Below, one piece after another: positions 7,671 to 12,972 of a DNA stretch of 12,972 bases. Numbering within the stretch: position 1 is the stretch's first letter; every line of letters begins with the position of its first letter. The translations under genes were made by a program, and so were the position numbers. The DNA comes from Octopus sinensis (taxonomy: Eukaryota). The notes under the pieces were generated by a model. That model was not told where the DNA came from and made no database searches. It worked only from the letters and a program-made list of their open reading frames with translations. Location: assembly GCF_006345805.1 (NCBI RefSeq), contig NW_021826288.1, positions 1 through 12,972 of the forward strand. Reading direction: 5' to 3'.

Positions 7671-8082
7671 CATACATACATACATACGTGCATACATACA
7701 TACATACATACATACATACATACATACATACATACGTGCATACATACATACATACATACATACACACACACATACATACACACACACATACATACATACA
7801 TACACACATACATACATGCATACATACACACATACATACATACATACATACATACATACACACATACATACACACACACATACATACATACACACATACA
7901 TACATGCATACATACACACATACATACATACATACATACATACACACATACATACACACACACACATATACATACATACACACATACATACATGCATACA
8001 TACATACATACATACATACATACATACATACATACATACATACATACGTACATACATACATGCATGCATGCATATATATATA
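7287..8082. repeat. ~800 bp (CATA)n tetranucleotide array with CATG, CACA and CGTG variant units
   Basis: Directly visible. It produces all the HTYI/MYVC ORFs in the track. Confidence 0.97.
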
Positions 8083-8203
8083 CTTGCGAAAATACATTGA
8101 TACATATGCATCCAAACATATATATATACACATATAAAACACGAGTACATACATACAAACCTCTGTGTGTGTGTGTGTGTGTTGTGTGTGTGTGTGTGTG
8201 TGT

Positions 8204-8427
8204 GTGTGTGCCAAAAGTCATGCACCAAAACATTTTGGCATTTTACTTTTATTGCGTTCCTATTATTAATCATTCTGTTCATCAGGTATGCGTGCGTCCT
8301 TTAGTCGAGTACCTGGGTATTCATCGTTATTTCATTTATTTTATTCAATTTTTGAAAGCTTCAAGCACGTCCTTCACAAATCCAAAACGTATGATCATAT
8401 TTTGTGCGTGACTTTTGGCCCACCCTA
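8204..8427. mobile_element. ~220 bp MITE with terminal inverted repeats (Tc1/mariner-type)
   Basis: Left GCCAAAAGTCATGCACCAAAA (8210-8230) vs reverse complement of 8400-8419, GCCAAAAGTCACGCACAAAA. The right end continues ...CCACCC|TA (TA target-like). The outer left end merges into (GT)n. No ORF. Confidence 0.75.
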
Positions 8428-8626
8428 TATATATATATGTGTGTGTGTGTGAGTGTGTGTGCGTGTGTGTGTGTGTATGTATGTATATATCTATGTATGT
8501 ATGTATATATATATATGCACATATATATATGCATATGTATATGTATGCATATATATATGCATGTGTATATATGTATATGTATCTATATATACACATATAT
8601 GTATATATATATATATATGTGTGTGT

Positions 8627-8681
<55 letters not shown>

Positions 8682-8743
8682 CTCAAACATGCATATATAC
8701 ATGCCAACATTCAAAGATCAAACATGCTTGCATACATGCATGA

Positions 8744-8790
<47 letters not shown>

Positions 8791-8795
8791 ATATA
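8426..8795. repeat. (AT)n/(GT)n/(GTAT) compound microsatellites
   Basis: Directly visible at 8426-8680 and 8746-8795. Confidence 0.92.
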
Positions 8796-9160
8796 AACAC
8801 GGCAGTTGTCTGTGCGTGTTTCTGTGTGTCTGTTTGCTTGTACCCTCACCCTGACCACGGCTTTCAACCGATTCTGATGAAACTTGACACACACATAGCC
8901 CAATGTCATAATTCAAAACTAACGAAGCGAAAATTTTGAAAAGTTCCCCCAGTTCTGAAAAAAATCGATAAATTCGACATGGGTCAAGAATCAGAAACAC
9001 AACTGTCTAGGGGACGCAACTCCACCTTTTTTTTACTCTCAAAAAAATTTACCATCATTTTTTTCCATTTTTTTGCTATTTGTTGGCTATAAAACTCTCT
9101 AAAAATGCTTTATAGTTATTTCCCTTACAAACCTGAGCAACGTCGGGCGATACTGATAGT
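8791..9160 (+). mobile_element. Non-autonomous Helitron-like element
   Basis: 3' end has a GC-rich hairpin CCTGA-GCAACG-TCGGG (9132-9147) followed by TACTGATAG|T (one mismatch from CTAG|T). The 5' end lies in (TA)n, followed by CTGT/GTTT microrepeats and AACCGATTCTGATGAAACTT, a layout I recall from Lep1-type non-autonomous Helitrons. Confidence 0.65.
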
Positions 9161-9165
9161 ATATA

Positions 9166-9201
<36 letters not shown>

Positions 9202-9250
9202 TGTATGTATGTATGTATGTATGTATGTATGTATGTATATATGCATACAT
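9161..9250. repeat. (TA)n then (GTAT)n microsatellite
   Basis: Directly visible. Confidence 0.95.
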
Positions 9251-9295
9251 ACACACATATATCATCCAAACCTATATATGGACATACACACTGAC

Positions 9296-9614
9296 ATTCC
9301 GTCACTTATGACGACGAGGGTTCCAGTTGATCCGATCAAGGGAAAAGCCTGCTCGTGAAATTAACGTGTAAGTGGCTGACCACTCCACAGACACGGAACC
9401 CTTAACGTAGCTCTCAGGGAGATTCGACGAAAGACAGAAAGTAAGAAGCCTGGACCTTTCAAATGCAGGTACTACCTAGTTTTTCAAGGTGAGTGGACCG
9501 GAGAAACATGAAATAAAGCGTTTTGCTCAAAGATACAACGCGCCGTCGAGAATCGAACTCACGCCCTTACGATCGGGAGCCAAATTCCCTAACCACTAAG
9601 CCATGCGCCTTCAC
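9296..9614 (-). mobile_element. tRNA-headed SINE, family 3 variant a
   Basis: Head GTGAAGGCGCATGGCTTAGTGGTTAGGG...GAGTTCGATTCTC (A and B boxes). The 3' ~170 bp align with 11143-11327 (GCCTGCTCGTGAAATTAACGTGTAAGTGGCTG identical). Confidence 0.85.
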
Positions 9615-9648
9615 GACATCCATACACACATGCATACATACATATATA

Positions 9649-10128
9649 TCTGATTTAATGATTTGGGATAGAGAAAAGAAACTGTGCACAGTTGTGGAAA
9701 TTAGCTGCCCAGCAGATGTTAACATAAATCTGAAGATCAGTGGAAAAGGAACACCTATGCTGAACCATTGAAAAACCTGCAGTTACGCCATCCAGATTAC
9801 GATTTTAAGTTTATACCTGTAATTATTGGTGTCCTGGGATATGTAACACACTGCTTAAATACCAATCTTGAGAAATTGGGCGTCTCAAAACCAGAAAGTA
9901 GAAGGCTAATTTGAAGACTACAGATCCAATCCATCACTGGAACTGTAAAAGTCTGTAAAACTTTCCAGAAGTTTATCATTTAAATATATATGAGCATGTC
10001 TAGATATGTAACTCTATGCATGAGAATACACACATAAAACATACAAATTTGTACATGCATACACGCATACATACATACATACATACATACATACATACAT
10101 ACATACATACATACATACATACATACAT
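9649..10128 (+). mobile_element. 5'-truncated RLE non-LTR retrotransposon of a second family (CRE/NeSL-like), with (CATA)n tail at 10066-10128
   Basis: SDLMIWDREKKLCTVVEISCPADVNINLKISGK / frameshift / NTYAEPLKNLQLRHPDYDFKFIPVIIGVLGYVTHCLNTNLEKLGVSKPESRRLI*RLQIQSITGTVKVCKTFQKFII* (TAA 9981-9983). This gives (P)D...VE...K...Y and IPVIIG-LG RLE motifs, clearly divergent from the R4-like copies. Clade call is from recall. Confidence 0.8.
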
Positions 10129-10174
10129 GGTCTAACTCCAAAGATTATTTTTGTGTGGCACACAAATGCTTCTT

Positions 10175-10354
10175 CCTTCTCCCCTCTCTCTCTTTCACTC
10201 TTTCTATATGTATGTGTATATTTCTACGTGTGCGTGCGTGCATGTGTGTTTGTTTGTGTGCCTGTATCTGTGTGTGTGTATATGTTTGTGTGTATGTTTG
10301 TGTTTGTATGTGTGTGCGTGAGTGTGTGTTCATGTCCGTGTGTGTGTGTGTGTC

Positions 10355-10396
<42 letters not shown>

Positions 10397-10432
10397 TGTG
10401 TGTGTGTCTGTGTGCGTGCGTGTGTATGTTTG
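10175..10432. repeat. (CT)n then long degenerate (GT)n microsatellite
   Basis: Directly visible. Confidence 0.9.
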
Positions 10433-11124
10433 TCTTATGTACTAAAATATACTGTCGCTAAAACAGGCTGAATTTCCAGTCAGTCATGCCAAATCATCGA
10501 CGCCCAAACTGCTGCGCCCAATTGTTTCATTCTGGATCCGCATTTCGTATTCCTGTCAACGAATACTTAGAAACGACAATGATAGGACGTTTTGCATCAA
10601 ACGCAAACCACCGAATACATTTAACCGTAAATACTTCAACAGAGAGAAGGATTAAAGTTTCCTTTCAATAACGATAAGACTTAGAAAGAGAAACCGTATG
10701 CTGAAATGTGCGGGACTTTCGCATTGCAGATGTACGTAAAGCAATGTTAAATCAATTGTGACGGTTCTATTTACTAAGAACATTGACAGGGCGTGAAAGC
10801 CAGCCTGGTCGCAAAATACTGTTTCTCGAGAAACTCGATACGAGTTAGAAGTGTAATAATGGCACAAAACTAAACAAAACAAAATGAAAGCTGAAAAGAA
10901 AATATCAAATTTTCTCGAAGAAAACATCTAATTTCGAAATAAAGTTGAAGTAGCCAAAACGAAGAACTTAATCCAATAATTCCACTTTTAATATTAAACG
11001 AAGAATTTATATTAACTGCTCTGTATCAAATTACATTTTCTTCCATATAACGACGGAATTAAGAAATAACGATGACCTACTTTTGGTGTTAGTAGTCTTG
11101 CAAAAACAACCAAACTTATGAATA

Positions 11125-11520
11125 GATAGGAGCACTCCGTCGGTTACGACGATGAGGGTTCCGGTTGATCCGAATCAACGGAACAGCCTGCTCGTGAAAT
11201 TAACGTGTAAGTGGCTGCTGAGCACTCCACAGACACGTGTACCCTTAACGTAGTTCTCAGGGGATATTCAGCGTGACACAGAGAGTGACAAGGCCGGCCT
11301 TTTGAAATACAGGTACAACAGAAACAGGGTAAGTAAGAGTGAGAGGAAAGAAGTGGTGAAGTGTGAAGAGTACAGCAGGGGATCACCACCATCCCCTGCC
11401 GGAGCCTCGTGGAGCTTTAGGTGTTTTCGCCAATAAACATCAACGCCTGGTCTGGGAATCGAAACCGCGATCCTACGACCGCGAGTCCGCTGCCCTAACC
11501 ACTGGGCCATTGCGCCTCCA
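11125..11520 (-). mobile_element. Full-length tRNA-headed SINE, family 3 variant b, with 14-bp target-site duplication
   Basis: A-box TGGCCCAGTGG (11509-11499) and B-box GGTTTCGATTCC (11466-11455). Perfect direct repeat CAAACTTATGAATA at 11111-11124 and 11521-11534. Confidence 0.92.
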
Positions 11521-11580
11521 CAAACTTATGAATAATGACGTTGGATCTAATTTTTTCATTCGCCAAATATGCATTTTTTT

Positions 11581-12972
11581 AAAAGGGAGTAGAAAATCTA
11601 ATTTTACAAGAGAGTTCGAGCAGTCCTCAAATCTGAGTTAAATGCGCGTAGCAAGGTGTGAGCCATAAACTCCTTAGCAGTTCCAGTTGCTATTTACAGT
11701 TTTAATGTGTTGAACTGGAATATGAGCGAAATAAGGAAGAATGACAGGAAAATCCATAAGATGCACCAGTCAAAGGCAGGCGCAGGTCGTCTTTACCTTC
11801 CCAGAATCCAAGGAGATCGAGGCTTGATCCAATTTGAAATCTCTTAGAAGAAAAACACCAAAATTTGACTGGCCAAATATCTTGAAACATCTAACGAATG
11901 GATGCTAAACCTCGTTAAAAATCATGAGAAACGTAAGCTTCATTCTGTCACGAAGGAGACAAAAATATTTCTAGTGAGTTTATGTGTAATACCCAGGTTG
12001 AACAGCATGATTGAAGTGCGGCAACTATTGTTGCAAAGAAGGTTAAATCAATGGCAAAGCAAAGAGCGTTTGAACAATTGGCTGATTGGTGGGAACAAAA
12101 CCTCAGCGTGGCAAATACGTGGCCCGTAGTAAACAAACTGATGGACAGAAGCACACCCATTAGATTAGTGACTTCGGAGCTCAAAGCTAAAAGCAGAGAG
12201 CTTCTTGACCCGGAACTACCAAAGTGCCGATACTGCAACGATGAGATTGAAACAGTGGACCACCAGTAGAGTATAAACCAGACATTACAGAGTTGGCCAA
12301 TATCTACACTGAATAATATGTGAGCAATATAAAATCAAAACTGCTGACAAATTGAAGCTGTAACCGAGGAAGAAAGTGTAACGATTCTTTGAGACTTTCC
12401 AGTACATACAGACCGGGTTATCAAAGCTAATAAGCCAGATATTGTTATGAAAGACAAACAATAAAATCTGTTCATTGATTGACATGTGATCATAATATTT
12501 CGGCAAAAGAATTTGATAAGCTCAGAAAATATAAATGATTTGTTAATTGAAATCGAAAAAATGTGGCATCTCAAGACGGTTACGATACCAGTGATTGTCG
12601 GAGAACTTGGAATGATCAAAAAAGGAACTGAAAATTATTTGAGGATGTTCCCTAGCTTACCATCCATGCAATAAGGGCAAAGATTTGTCTTAACAGGTAT
12701 GATACGCGTATTGAGAAGAGCATTGTCGCAGTGAATTTTCTTTCCATTTTCCCCTGTATTTTCTTTGTTTTTGTTCTTTTCCTTTTTTTTTCGTTTTTTT
12801 TCTTTCTTTCTTCCTGTCTTCTTAAACCTTTTTTGTCTATCACATGACTTTGTAAATGGGAACAATCTGGTAAACGTTTTATTGTAATGGCCACTACCAA
12901 TGTATAGAGTATTAGTTATTGTCCTGAGTGTTTGGGAAGACACTCGGCAGAAAATTGAAATGAAAGGACATA
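11581..12972 (+). mobile_element. Decayed 5'-truncated R4/Dong-like retrotransposon (copy B): end of RT, CCHC, RLE and 3' UTR
   Basis: From 11605: YKRVRAVLKSELNARSKV*AINSLAVPVAIYSFNVLNWNMSEIRKNDRKIHKMHQSKAGAGRLYLPRIQGDRGLIQFE (RT thumb, RLYLPR-x-x-G-x-RGL), then PKCRYCNDEIETVDH, KPDIV and TVTIPVIVGELG. Colinear with copy A, sharing 3' UTR motifs TAATGGCC...ACCAATGTATA and GGGAAGACACTCGGCA. Confidence 0.92.

Noticed and set aside
7287-8082. CRISPR-like or designed repeat array
   Set aside because: Only 4-bp units with point variants; no repeat-spacer structure, no cas genes, eukaryotic context.
7141-8411. Long ORFs of 197-378 aa (HTYI/MYVC repeats) and similar HTHT/CVCV/YIYI ORFs elsewhere
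   Set aside because: They are translations of (CATA)n, (GT)n, (AC)n and (AT)n, several of whose frames lack stops by construction; open on both strands with no domain content.
11445-11520. tRNA gene (also 2160-2220, 3353-3440, 9550-9614)
   Set aside because: A and B boxes are present, but there is no pairing acceptor stem and each continues into a multi-copy SINE body.

Overview
Eukaryotic, AT-rich, repeat-saturated genomic DNA. The SINE families and microsatellite load match my recollection of octopus (coleoid cephalopod) genomes; this is not database-verified. The only host coding sequence is the 3' end of a + strand gene encoding hemopexin-type repeats (most likely a matrix metalloproteinase C-terminus), in three phase-compatible exons: 841-1007, 1389-1530 and 4011-4098 (stop). 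The middle exon lacks one base, so its two halves are hemopexin-like in different frames. The rest is largely mobile DNA: three families of tRNA-headed SINEs; three decayed copies of an R4/Dong-like RLE non-LTR retrotransposon, two chained head-to-tail through (AAT)n tracts; a second RLE retrotransposon with a (CATA)n tail; an internally deleted Tc1/mariner element; a TIR MITE; a non-autonomous Helitron-like element; and an ~800 bp (CATA)n array. Nearly all ORF-track entries are microsatellite artefacts. I see no convincing wholly new biological system. The best leads are the frameshifted exon, microsatellite-targeted retrotransposition, an inverted SINE pair in the probable 3' UTR, and serial microhomology deletions.
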